Shown one piece after another: positions 12,932 to 25,531 of a stretch of DNA of 61,843 bases. Each line of letters opens with the position of its first letter. Position 1 is the stretch's first letter. The position numbers were made by a program, and so were the translations under genes. Origin of the DNA: Phoronis australis (taxonomy: Eukaryota > Animalia > Phoronida); NCBI GenBank assembly GCA_002633005.1, contig NMRA01000063.1, forward strand, positions 479,081 through 540,923. Reading direction: 5' to 3'. Below the pieces are notes generated by a model. It did not search any database, was not told the DNA's origin, and was given only the letters and a program-made list of their open reading frames with translations.

Positions 12932-14490
12932 TAATATTCTCTCAATCTCGTTTAACCAGATTTTTGACAAGGAAACAGTTGAACTTAATTTGTGCCCACT
13001 CTTTACTTTTTACGATTGACAAAAAGCTAGAGTAGTTATGAAGTCAGTGCAACTGAAGAGATTCCAAATCTTCAGTTTGGGAATCACCGTATATGCACTT
13101 TTGTATGATATTTTATGATTTTAATAAAGACTAAATTTGAACTAATGACACCTGTAGTTTTGCTTGCTGTGAAATGTTTAGTGTAACTGTAATCTGGAAA
13201 GTTCAGGTATGGGTTCACATTTAATTAAACTAAAGGTTTCGCTGGCGATCAAAATCTACCACTGTTTTGGTACTTTAAGTTTAAAAATAAAATAAAAAGA
13301 TATCAACCCCTTCCCGGTAAGAAAAAAAGTAGACAGGAGTATCAAAATGAAATAACGAAAACGGTATGAAACACAATTAAAACCATCATTTCTTTGGGAA
13401 GTGGCGCTTTGTCAAGATCAACACAAATTAACTTTTTAGTCTTTTTCTAACATTTAAAATGTACTACAAGTTAAAACTACTCTCCACAATTGTCGACTAT
13501 AATTCTGAGCAAATACAGAGAAAACCAATTTGGGTGTAGTAACAACCACCATTGTTGAGAAAGTATAGTGCTTAGCTATTACTTTTCCACTTCATTATAA
13601 GCTCAGATCTACATCAATACAAAGGGAGTGCTGCATAGGCATCATAAAAGTTGTCTAGGGCTAAAGGAATCTGAGAGATAACCAGTGTAAAGTCCCGGTA
13701 AGACATCAACTTTTGGCCCAGCACAACTGCCACGGAACAAACTGATTGATGTCAAGCGTCTATTTACCAACACAACTCACTAAACTGTGGCAAGACGGAA
13801 GTTGTAGGCAGGAGAGTGCGACGCACATGTGCAGCTGGCAGAAGTTGCAGGGACAGAGAACCCGTATGTAGGTCACTACACAAGCGTTACATAGTACAGA
13901 TGATCCTTTCCCCCTTGCCCCAGTTTCGCGTTTAGACACAACTGATATGGAGGAAGATGATTGAGCGCAAATTGCTCTACCTCACAGACAGGCGGCAAAA
14001 GTTGTCACCATGGTGTCAATTTGCTCCAGGTCAGTCCTGTTTACACACATACTTGCGTTAAAACATCTCGTTCCATGTCAGCTGATTGGTGTCAACTTTT
14101 GTAGTGTAAATGGCAATTAAGAGCGAAATTCTCCACGTACAATCTCCAGAGTAATAGAAGAAATTGCTCTGAGTCAATAATATCAGTTGAAATATCAGTG
14201 GTCATTCATGTGTCGATTATATCGTCAATAATCGACACATTTCAAAATGCAAATCTTCACTTGACCCTATATCGTGCCATATATCGTTTATTAGAACCAA
14301 GGAAGCCATATGGTGCCAAAAATGGGTGTGGCACTAGAGACGTAGAAAAATAATATGACTGAAAAAGGCTGATTCAAGATTCAAGATGCGTTATTTAACG
14401 TCGTTTGGAGAACAGATTAACAGTTGGGCTATTAGTATTACTACGAAATTGCAAATTGATAACAAAACAAAAGTAGTATAGTCCGGATAC

Positions 14491-14524
14491 CTATCGTCGT
14501 CAGGCTCCAAAGGTCGTCCGCCAT
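14491..14524 (-). CDS. First coding exon of unknown - strand gene (MADDLWSLTTI)
   Basis: caagATGgcgg start context typical of housekeeping genes (overlaps YY1-like CCGCCATCTT), followed by G|gtatcc donor (phase 1). Confidence 0.55.
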
Positions 14525-16614
14525 CTTGTTTCGCGTGCAGCGCAACCACGCGGGACTTAGCGTTCCAATTTGGAGTGCTCGTCTGCACGTTAGGTACTAA
14601 CCTCTCGGGAGAAACACGCATGGAAGAACTGAGACTAAAATTAGTGCATTTACCGACTATTTTTTGAGACCACTTAAAAACTTGTCGATTTTACTAATGC
14701 ACTTTTTTGTTCATTTTCAGAAGATATTTTCGAAATTAAATTTTCTTCAGACGGAACAAAAAGCAACTCAGGGATTGTCTATGCAATGTATCTATTTGTC
14801 CCAGGCACTAACCGACACCTGTTAGGCCAAAGGAAAAACGCAGCAGACAAATGGAACACTCTGGGTGCTTAACATTTTCGACCCACGCCTTGGTCATCAA
14901 AACATTGTCCACTTGTTTTTTTATTGCAAAACACAGTACTGAGCTCAACATTTATGTTGACATTTTTGATTAAAGCATTTTGAATTTATTTGAAGAAAAT
15001 TAAAATACTTGAATTGATAGAGAATGGCCACCAATAAAGTAAAACATTGACTTTATTTCACTATATTGCATTGTTACATACAACACAGCATGACATAATC
15101 AAAAATAAAAGAAGAGATTGAGCAATAAAATTCAAATGCGACTTGGGTATTTATTTATTTATTTATGATTGAAAGATGAGAAAAAATCAAACAATACGAT
15201 TATGGGTAATTTATTAGAACAATTGTATTGAGGTTCAATGGTCAACTTGCGCCGACAAAGTCTCAAAGGGTTATAGTTCTGTTCTGGATGACAAGGTGTT
15301 AACAGAGAATGAAGAGAAACTGAAAAGAAAAAGTAAGACAGCAAAGATAAGTGGTGTTAAGTACAACAAGAGCAAAAAGTCAAATAAAGAGGTCACAAAC
15401 AGAAATAAGTAAGGTATATCTGGAATAAAACAATCCAGGGCTCAGCCGTGATTTATTTTCTGAAATTCTAAATCAATTTTAATCGATTTAAAAATCGATA
15501 GCATACTAGTAAAGCAGTTTGCGGTTGAAGTAGAATTGCTGTAAACCACTTTCCACTATTGTCTTGGCCTTTTTCTGTGTGGTTTGCTGTTCTTTCAAAA
15601 GGCGGCAGCATATGACGACCATAGGAGTCATTATAAAATGGCTGCCGAAAAGCAATGCACAGTTGAACAACTCGGCATAAGTAAAAGAAAACGTTTGAAT
15701 CAACTAATACTATATATTTGTGAGAGTTAAATCAAATCCTATTCAGATCATAACTTTGAAGTGGAATGATTGGGTGAGTACGACAACAAGCCGGTTTTAT
15801 GCTTAGGCGGACGACCATTGGGTTCCCGAGTATATATACAAATAGAAATGATATTTACAGAAAGGTGAAGAAAAGGAATGGGAACAGCTGAACACATGTG
15901 TCCAGCGTCAGTGACAAACCCGCTACGACACTCGACATTGATGGTACCGAGTGAAGAAAAAAATCCGCGAAATTTCAAATTACGCGCCAAGTAATTTCAT
16001 TCGGTATAAAGCTATGAAGGCTGCACGTAGCGACTATCACCTAATATTGCGTTATTCGCAGGTGCTCATGCTGCCTTACGTTTACTCCTAACTGCACACT
16101 TCGCCTTGCAAAGTGTCAGTCATACAGTACACAGCACCATACGCAGACGTCCTGCCACCAGGACCAAACGTGCGAGAGAACAATCACTCTCACTCTGAAA
16201 ACGAACTGACGGACGCACACGGCCATATGAGAACAACACAAACCGAGCACCAGCAAATACAACGCCAAAATTTGTGATAACTGACCATTAGCGGAATACT
16301 TCATGCCATTTAGTCTAACCAGACGTTCGTCCGAAGACACATTGGGAAAAGCAACAAAAAAGAAAAGCAAACTTATGGAGAAACTTTTCCAACTCGTCTT
16401 TGCCATTACTGAACACATGGATATCAACAATTTGCTATCGCACACAGACGAAAAGGCGAATTCAATTCTCCAGATTACTTATATTTTGGTATAAAACCAC
16501 CAACCTTTTAATATTTTTACATTATCATTCTTTTTGCATGCAGTATAAATCGTTAAAATTTTCAAAATTTCAATATAAATTAATTATTCTTCTTTTAAGT
16601 CTATATTTTTTATA

Positions 16615-16710
16615 AAACGTACGTCATTTCCTGGTTGAAGGCGGGTATTTGGATTGGTGTCGGAGAGCTTCACTGATTATTTTTGTTAACAAAAGCGGAG
16701 ATTAGAGGTA
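16615..16710 (+). promoter_or_regulatory. Candidate ZGRF1 promoter/first non-coding exon
   Basis: Cluster acgtca (CRE half site), tttcctg (ETS-like), ttgaa, ggcggg (E2F/Sp-like), attgg (CCAAT), followed by a gag|gtataa donor. Motif inference only. Confidence 0.3.
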
Positions 16711-18407
16711 TAACGAGTCATACTGGGCACATCAGTGGAGTTTAACTGTTGTCATAGCCATACAGGCAATTAATGACAAATTGACAAAGCTCGACACGTC
16801 TTTGGGAGTTTGGACCCACATTGACTGAGACTTTTGTCTACTCAGTGGAAGCCAAATACTGTCTTTACCATAGATACTCGTCTATGGTCTCACTACACCA
16901 TTAGTTAGAACTTAGCAGATCATCTGCTGCCCGTTACAGTGTGCTACCAACTTGTTCAACAAAATTTCAGAGTTGACAGGCAGAAGACGGAGTGCCGATT
17001 CTGGTTAGACTGTTAGAGAGTGTCCAGCATCTTTAGCTGGCAATAGAGATGGTGAAGCTCCTATATGAGCTTTATACGCCCGAAGCTTTTCAGAAACTTA
17101 ATCTTCATACTGATAAAAACATCAGAATAATGTTACAAGTGCTTTGCTCCTAGAGGGGCACCATAGGAGGCCATCGATGTCTTTAATTCCTTCCAAATCG
17201 TACAAATACTCTCATAATTAAACTTTTTTTAAGCTGTCCTTTGTTTAGTTGTCCAAATTGGAAATTGGCCATTTATACATTGCTCGCACCACCCAGGGAT
17301 ATGACATCCTCCTTCTAAATTTGTGGAGCAATGATGTTAGGTTTCATCTCCATGAAATGGTGAATGACTTAGTCAAGTTGACCACTTTCTTTTTTGCCGA
17401 TTCTTCAGTCAACTGTTCTGCCACAAGGTTGCGCACAGTTCTTAAAAAATTAGTGGAATTAATTTTACTTCATTATGGTTTCTTAGTATTTTATTACCAA
17501 TTCATATTTCTAAGCCAATTCTTGTTTCAAGAAAGTTGTCATCATATCCCAAAAGGTATCATAAGAACTCAAGCAAATGTGATTTGATGATAGACGTGTC
17601 ACAAGTATACTGTTTTCAAGTCATAATACCAGGGCCCGTATGTTAGCTGTGAACTATGCCTTTGATACTAAGAAAATATAAGTCTTATAATTATCTGGAT
17701 TAAAACTGCAATACCTTTACAATCACTGTATTACAGATGTCCCACATTTGTTGACTGGCAAAACAGAGATCTGAGGAATGAAAGCTAACTTCATTGATGA
17801 ACAATCCTGTGGTATTCACACTGTCATCACATCAGTTTATTATCAAGTTACGATTTCACAATTATTCTTTTAAGAAAAGTTGTGTTCTTGACCATGAGAA
17901 CCCGCTGGTGTGAATGGACAATTTTTAACATGTGGCCTTTAGAAAATTAATCGGGTGAAAATATTGAAGTAAGTGTAATGGATCAAAGAACATAAAAAAG
18001 TTCAAAACTTATTGAACTTATTGGGCTCTCTGGTTTTCAGTATATTTTCCACTCAAAACTTATCCTTGTGATAACTCAGTTGGCAAGTTATCATGAGGAT
18101 TACCAATGTTGCCACAGAGGGCAGCACTAATGGACCAAATATTATCCTACATAATCTTATTCAACATCTCTGTGGATGTGTTCTGCACTGCAATATCATG
18201 TTAAACAGACAACTTATCATGTGTGGTCTATTAAGTCCACAGTCGCATGGATTACAGGCTTGGATGACCAGATAAAATAGAAAATTTTGTAAAAATCAAG
18301 ACTGTCCAACACTAGAGTTCAGTGTGTGTTTATCTTTATATTTCTAATGATGCTTTTTTCTTACAGGACATTTACCCATAGTCTAGACCCAGCTACCCCT
18401 TTTAGAG

Positions 18408-18425
18408 ATGGAGAAATCATTTACA
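18408..18425 (+). CDS. ZGRF1: ZGRF1 first coding exon (MEKSFT); exon probably starts at 18367
   Basis: Acceptor ttttttcttacag ends 18366; ATG GAG AAA TCA TTT ACA then gtgagt donor. Splices in phase 0 to VLYTHQK, giving an N-terminus like vertebrate ZGRF1 (MESQEFIVLYTHQK, recalled). Confidence 0.75.
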
Positions 18426-18829
18426 GTGAGTAGATGAGAATGCTTATTGAAACCAAAATTTTTAGAATCTGTTGTTCTGTTTTGTGAAAAAGTAAATTTT
18501 TAGTCAGTGTGACTTGATAAACTTTGCTTGTAATAAATTGTGCATTAAACAAAAATCTTATTAAATCGGTTTCATAAGACTTACCATTACAGGAGTCCAT
18601 TTCCGTTACCAACTCGAGTCACAGGCAATGCACCATTTTTAAATTTGCAATTTTAGGGTTGTCCAACTGTAATTAACTCTGAAGAGTTTTCTTGAGTTGC
18701 TGATGGTTTCCATGTTCTTGTTGGTGTCAGAAATGGAATCCTTTAGGAATACTATGAGAAGATTTTATGAGAGTAAAATGCCTAATTTGATTTTCTTTGT
18801 TGGCAAACTCAAGGGCAAGATGCAGCTTT

Positions 18830-19347
18830 AACTGTGTGTACTGGTCACTGAATAACTGTGTGTAGTGTACTGTTTACTGAATAACAGCGTGTAGTGTACT
18901 GTTCACTGAATAACTGTGTGTACTGTTCACTGAACAACTGTGTGTAGTGTTCACTGAATAACTGTGTGCAGTGTACTGTTCACTGAATAACTGTGTGTAG
19001 TGTACTGTTCACTGAATAACTGTGTGTACTGTTCACTGAACAACTGTGTGTAGTGTATTGTTCACTGAATAACTGTGTGTAGTGTACTGTTCACCGAATA
19101 ACTGTGTGTAGTGTACTGTTCACTGAATAACTGTGTGTAGTGTACTGTTCACTGAATAACTGTGTGTACTGTTTTCTGAACAACTGTGTGTAGTGTATTG
19201 TTCACTGAATAACTGTGTAGTGTACTGTTCACTGAATAACTGTGTGTAGTGTAGTGTTCACTGAATAACTGTAGTGTAGTTTTCACTGAATAACTGTAGT
19301 GTACTGTTCACTGAATAACTGTGTGTAGTGTACTGTTCACTGAATAA
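18830..19347. repeat. ~29-bp minisatellite with shorter variants
   Basis: aactgtgtgtagtgtactgttcactgaat. Confidence 0.93.
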
Positions 19348-19374
19348 GCAGTCCTTGATGGTGTTTCTGTTTAG

Positions 19375-19452
19375 GTATTGTACACTCACCAAAAGAACAA
19401 GAAAGCCAAGACGTGGCAAGATGGTTTTCTTAAGGTTTACAGTGGGTCAAAG
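19375..19452 (+). CDS. ZGRF1: ZGRF1 exon, DUF2439 (VLYTHQKNKKAKTWQDGFLKVYSGSK)
   Basis: tttag acceptor, gttagt donor; LYTHQK.KK.K.WQDG.L is the DUF2439 signature. Confidence 0.93.
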
Positions 19453-19518
19453 GTTAGTTCACCTCACCTGTGTCGGAGTTGATGTAGGAATTCAGTAATC
19501 TGCAATCCAACAAGTGTA

Positions 19519-20087
19519 AAATCCAATATTTATGTGATTGAACACATATTATAACCATGCATTTGGACTTTCAATGTTGACAAATCCAATATTTATGTGA
19601 TTGAACACATATTATAAGCATGCATTTGGACTTTCAGTGTTGACAAATCCAATATTTATGTGATAGAACACATATTATAACCATGCATTTGGACTTTCAA
19701 TGTTGACAAATCCAATATTTATGTGATAGAACACATATTATAACCATGCATTTGGACTTTCAATGTTGACAAATCCAATATTTATGTGATTGAACACATA
19801 TTATAACCATGCATTTGGACTTTCAATGTTGACAAACCCAATATTTATGTGATTGAACACATATTATAACCATGCATTTGGACTTTCAATGTTGACAAAT
19901 CCAATATTTATCTGATTGAACACATATTATAACCATGCATTTGGACTTTCAATGTTGACAAATCCAATATTTATGTGATAGAACACATATTATAACCATG
20001 CATTTGGACTTTCAATGTTGACAAATCCAATATTTATGTGATAGAACACATATTATAACCATGCATTTGGACTTTCAATGTTGACAA
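19519..20087. repeat. 63-bp minisatellite x9
   Basis: aaatccaatatttatgtgattgaacacatattataaccatgcatttggactttcaatgttgac. Confidence 0.96.
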
Positions 20088-20839
20088 CTCATGGTGATTA
20101 ACATACAATATTAGAATGTCATTCTGTTTATCAATACAAAGCATGTGTTATTGCCAAATAATTCATTTCATTAACATTTCTACGCCCATATATGGAATGC
20201 TGTGCAATTCCATTCACACCTGCACTGCAAGAATCTAACTTTGATCATTGCAAGGCACAAAGATTAAAGCCACTATGAAACTCCCTTCTATCACAAAAGC
20301 TGATAACTTACCACTATGACTTTAATCTCAAATAGCTTCTTAGCTAAATTAACAATGAATTTGTGGTTTGGAAAGAATTCATTATTGCTCTAGTTGGCTT
20401 GTCCCTGTGGGTCACTTTTAGTGCTGAGTGTAGTCTCTAGAAATGATAGGCAATTTTTTCCATGTCCAGAAACCTGGCCTTCTTATCTCAGTTATGAACA
20501 GGTTGACATTAGTTTTATGACTAGTGGCAGAATGTGGGCCTCGAGCTGTTTCAAGGTCATGTGATTATTTTTATTTAAAAACACAGGTAACTGGTTATCT
20601 TGGAAATAAATTTCTCCATGAAAGTTATTGTTTCCCAGCCGTGTGTTTACTTATCGCTAGATAATAGAAAGTGATGGAAATGGCCCAGCAAAGCACCAAC
20701 TTCTTGATTTTATATTCTCTTCCATTGAGCTAATGTCCGACTCACTATTGAGCAGTCTGTGTGGGTCATTCATGTTTGGTCGATGGAAGTAAATGCAGAG
20801 CCAAGATGAGGACCATTGTTCTGCTCATTTACATCAGTT

Positions 20840-21139
20840 GTTGTTCTATGGATGCACTCACAATTACAGTAATTAACAAGTAATAATAAATGTCTGTACG
20901 TTGTTCTATGGATACACTCACAATTACAGTAATTAACAAGTAATAATAAATGTCTGTACGTTGTTCTATGGATACACTCACAATTACTGTAATTAACAAG
21001 TAATAATAAATGTCTGTACGTTGTTCTATGGATACACTCACAATTACAGTAATTAACAAGTAATAATAAATGTCTGTACGTTGTTCTATGGATACACTCA
21101 CAATTACAGTAATTAACAAGTAATAATAAATGTCTGTAC
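20840..21139. repeat. 60-bp tandem repeat x5
   Basis: Near-identical 60-nt units; explains ORFs 20770..21165 and 20829..21119. Confidence 0.96.
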
Positions 21140-22007
21140 AATGTAAAGCAGTGATCTACATGCACATTGCTGTCATCTCTGTCTGGTCATCCGACGTTCA
21201 CAGGTGTATCTCCTAAACCCCTTACAGTATCTTAATGAGGATTGGCAGGTGTGTTTCTATGAAGCTGACGACATGATGACGAATTTCAGACCGATATTCA
21301 GATGGCTGTCGACTACTTTAGCGGCGCATAGTGGCGTTTTTTTTTTCCCGTCTATGCCTGTGTATCCCTTTGTGAGGTCTTTGTGAAATTTGGGTGACGT
21401 GTTGCTATAGAGCTTACAACTTATTATGATCAGTTTCAAACCCATTCAAATACCTATCTGGGCTTGTGCTAGACTTTTAAAGGTATTAGCCAAAATGGCT
21501 AAAGCATTTGAAAACTTTTAGCCATTTTCATGGACACGGACTGAACTTTTTATTTTTCATTTGAATCACAGGTCCTTTTCATGAATGTGCTATAAGAAAA
21601 GAGGATTCCCTTCAGAAAAAGATCAAATGGTCAACATTCCAAGGTCATACACTAACTTAAGAAGTTGGAGGAGATGTCAGCCAACATGGGTTTTATTATG
21701 ACCTAAAAGAGGCTCCCCTTATACTCGAGTTACTGCTTAGGTATGCCGGCCACATGGGCATTTAAATGGTGTTGGACTGAAAAAGAATTTGGGCAGAAAT
21801 TCCCCCCTATGTGTGGGTTGTGGTGGGGGGGTTATGGTGGGGGTACGCCTGGGCATTGTGACGAGCAAGACATTTTGATCCAAAACATTAACATATAACT
21901 TGTGGTTTGCAAAATAAAGCTAAATCGTTCAAAGTAGTGATATAAAACTCATTAAGTAACAAATTGGCGTTTACTTAATCTTGCTTTCTATCGGCCGCTG
22001 CCGAAAT

Positions 22008-22375
22008 GCAAACGTATCCCAGTTTCTCAATAACTTTTTACATTGTCTAGCAACATTTAGCGAGCTGACATGTGACGTATTTTGATTTTAAAATAGATAA
22101 CAAACTCGTTCTTCGCGGCGGCGTCCACGCCTTTGATTCCTTGAAAAGAAAACCTGTCAATGTCAAGTCTCAAACAATATTCGAAACAACAAATTATACT
22201 CTGAAAATTGGTAATGAGAGATTCATGTAAAGAGTATATTTAAATCTTGAGTTCATGTTGCGTGTTTGAGACAGCTCAACTCAAATCAGTTTTCCCCGTG
22301 TAATTTAATGCTGTCAGACCGGCTCACATCACATCGCGAGTGTAAAAAGTTATTGAGAGACTGGGTCGCGTTTGC
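22008..22375. mobile_element. MITE with ~35-bp TIR
   Basis: gcaaacg..cccagtttctcaataactttttaca versus tgtaaaaagttattgagagactggg..cgtttgc. Confidence 0.65.
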
Positions 22376-22819
22376 TTCCAAAATAGTCTTCTATTCATAG
22401 TTTTGACAATGTCAATTGCAAACGACAAGCAGCAGCTCTTGTACGAGATCTTGCTATGAAGTGAGAAATCGCCATAACCAAGAGCGCTGACCCCCTACAC
22501 TGTTGAATATTTCGTTGCAGTGTGATTTCGGGGGGAGTGATGGATATGAAATGGAACATTCACTTGCTATTTTTAGGACGCGTAATTGAAGTAAGGGGTG
22601 GAATGCCGTTTGCGCCGCGACTTGATTCGAGCTAACTGAGTCGACACGCGAGTTGGTTTCCCAAAATTAATTTTTATTGTCAAGTTGCGAAAGCATTCAC
22701 CAAGTTGGCGAATGGACTTAGCTCTACCATCACCAGTGCAGCTAGGAATTTGCCAATGGCGAGCTAGCGAGCAGCTAGCTTGAGCTTAACCACTGTGCCC
22801 CCTAGTGGCAGTATTAGTT

Positions 22820-24076
22820 TTTTATGCGCCCACATATTTATATGTCTGGGCGTCCGGTGTCCGTGGTTGTATCTCCTAAACTCCTTACAGGATCTTATTG
22901 AAATTTGGCAGGTATGTTCCTATGGGGTTGACAACAGATGGCGACGAGTTTCGGACAGACCCGAATACCGCTGTGCCCCCTAGTGGCAATTTTAGTTTTT
23001 TACATTTGCCTCTGTATCTTCAAAGGTTCTCAACCGATTTTCATGAAATTTGGCACATAGGCATCTATTAATGAGTTGACGCTATCGTCCTGTTTTCGGA
23101 TGGATTCGAGACATTTTGCGCCATCTAGTGGCAATTTTTACTATTTTCGAGTCGTTTTTTGGCAACCAAACCAGTCTAAGGATGATTGTGAAAAGTGGCA
23201 CATATGTTCATATTACGATGAAGACAGTTGATGATGATTTTCCAACGACTTTGACTACTGTTGCACCTCTTAGTGGCAGTTTTTTTGTTTTTGCGCCCAT
23301 GGCTGTATCTCCTAAACATTTTACAGGATCTTTATTAAATTTAGCAAATGTATTTATATGAAGTTGACAACGGAGGACCACGACTTTTGGACAGATCGGT
23401 GTACCGGTGTGCAATTTTACCTTTTTACGTTTACCTCTGTATCTTCAAAGGTCTTCAATAGATTTCTATAAAATTTGACAAATAGACATCTATTAGTGAG
23501 ATGACGCTATCCTCCTGTTTTCTGATGGATTCGACGTAGTTTGCGCCACCTTTTGGTCATTTTTGTTGTTTTTGAGTCTGTTTTTGGTGTCCGTTCCTCT
23601 GTCAACCAAACCACTCTAAGGATGATTGTGAAGGTTGGCATGTATGTTCTTTCTATGAAGGGGACGGTTGACGATGATTTTCCGATAACTTCGACTACTG
23701 TGGCGCCGCCTAATGGTGTTTTTTTTTGCACCCATACCTGTACCTCCTAAACCCTCAGCGGGATCTTTACTTAATTTAGCACGTGTATTTGTATGAAGTT
23801 AACAAGAGAAGACTAACGACTTATGGATCCGACGAACAGTCTGCTCCCTAGTGGCAATTTCATTTTTTTTTGTTTTCCTCTGTTTCTCTAAATTTTAATG
23901 AAATTTGGTAAGTGGCTTTCTTTTAAAGAAGCGATGACATTTTCTGGTTTTCAGGCGCATTCGATGTATTTTGCCCCATCTAGTGGCCATTTTGATGATA
24001 CAAATAAACAACCCTAAAAGCGCACCATTTGCGATGCATTCGTGGGTGCATTTCAATGCTTCGCGCTCCTCTTGTT
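22820..24076 (+). mobile_element. HINE family 1 copy nested in an older copy (older one ~21160-24370)
   Basis: Starts tttatgcgcccacat, ends cgtgggtgcat...ctcttgtt; host repeat ttagttt|tacatttgcctctg rejoins across it. Confidence 0.8.
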
Positions 24077-24568
24077 TACATTTGCCTCTGTATTTTAGGA
24101 GTTTATTGGATGGATTTTTGTGAAATTTGATTAATAAGTTTCTGTTAAGGAGATGACACTAGTCTTGCCTTTTTGTATGGATTTAATGTATATTTGTACC
24201 ACCTTGTGGCTATTTTTATTTTTTCGAGTCCATTGTTCATGATAAGATGTTGATTTTTTGACAAATGTGACAAAGTAATACCTCCTGGTGGTTGTTTTTG
24301 TCGTTTTTCGCATTCTTGGCTGTATCTCCTTATTCTTTTGAAGGATCTTTGTGAAATTTTACAAGACTGATATATAGATATATCTTTCAGTGAGGCGTGG
24401 AAAAATGTTGCGCGCATTTTGTCCCGTCAGTACGCCACCTTTTTGGTAACATGACATGCTAACAGGACAAAATGTTTGCAAAATATTTCCATGCCTCACT
24501 GAAAAAGATACAAACAATGGCAAGATGCCCACTACTAAGTCTGATTGGATTTCTGTGTTTGACCAGTG

Positions 24569-24641
24569 GTCCTGATGGCTCAGTGCCTAGAGCTTCTGCA
24601 CGGTTAACAGAAGGTGCTGGGTTCGAGTCCTGGTCGGGGAC
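24569..24641 (+). ncRNA. tRNA-like cloverleaf (SINE head or tRNA pseudogene)
   Basis: Acceptor gtcctga/tcgggac, D arm gctc/gagc with box A tggctcagtg, T arm with box B ggttcgagtcc; anticodon arm irregular. Confidence 0.65.
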
Positions 24642-25002
24642 AGAAATCTTCTCAGACTTATATTCATGAATGTGATGTGACCAAAAAGATGACATGCTGA
24701 CCGAACAAAATGTTTGCAACAAGACCGATACAGTAAAATGTGACTAGAGCTACGTACAACTTTTGGACAGTTCTGACTACCACTGTACCCCTAATGTCAA
24801 TTTTATTTTTTATGTTTGCTTCTGAATATTCAGAGTTCTGTTTCATTTTTTCTGGAATTTTAGCAAGCAAGTTTCTGTTATGATGGCGATGGCATCTAAC
24901 CACTTTGGGATAGAGTTGACATATTCTGCGCCACCCAGTGTCCATATTTGACATTAATAAACTCTTATTAACTCTCCAGGCCTGTTTTTGTCTTGATTTC
25001 AG

Positions 25003-25062
25003 GCTGTTTTGTATGATGACAAGTGTGCAAAGCTGGAATCCTTTTTCGTCAGTTCATCTCAG
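25003..25062 (+). CDS. ZGRF1: ZGRF1 exon, DUF2439 (AVLYDDKCAKLESFFVSSSQ)
   Basis: ttcag acceptor, gtaaac donor, phase 0/0; A.LYDDK...LES motif. Confidence 0.9.
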
Positions 25063-25193
25063 GTAAACTATTTGTAATAGCCACACTGAAGGTATTGTGA
25101 AATTTCTCTTGTTTTAGTCATGTTTTAAAACACGTGTGCTCATATTTGACTGCTGTTCACAATATTAATTGCATTTGCAAATTACTGTTTCAG

Positions 25194-25349
25194 GTGTCAG
25201 TAGGCTGTGACTTGGAGAGTGATAGACACCTGATCACTGTAGAGGACTGTAAACAGTCTGGTGACAGTGGGAAGGAAAACAGAGTGAATAGACCAGAGAC
25301 CAGTGTCAAGCATCTGATGCTGAAGACTAACTGTAAAAGGAAGCGTAGG
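25194..25349 (+). CDS. ZGRF1: ZGRF1 exon, end of DUF2439 (VSVGCDLESDRHLITVED...CKRKRR)
   Basis: tttcag acceptor, gttggt donor; G.DLESDR.LITVE motif; KRKRR joins GFVPPR in the next exon. Confidence 0.88.
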
Positions 25350-25531
25350 GTTGGTGTTAATGAAGGGTTGGTGTTAATGAAGGGTTGGTGTTAATGAAGG
25401 GTTGGTGCTAACGAAGGGTTGGTGCTGACGAAGGGTTGGTGCTGACGAAGGGTTGGTGCTGACGAAGGGTTGGTGCTGACGAAGGGTTGGTGCTGACGAA
25501 GGGTTGGTGCTGACGAAGGGTTGGTGTTGAT
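25348..25531. repeat. 17-bp minisatellite x~11 starting at a splice donor
   Basis: gaagggttggtgctgac. Confidence 0.95.

Noticed and set aside
20770-21165. ORFs with repeated peptides (also 37960..38349, 47790..48251, 25374..25649)
   Set aside because: Translation artefacts of tandem repeats within introns.
24569-24641. Functional tRNA gene
   Set aside because: Anticodon stem/loop is non-canonical (no clear U33, mismatch or 9-nt loop), so identity cannot be assigned.
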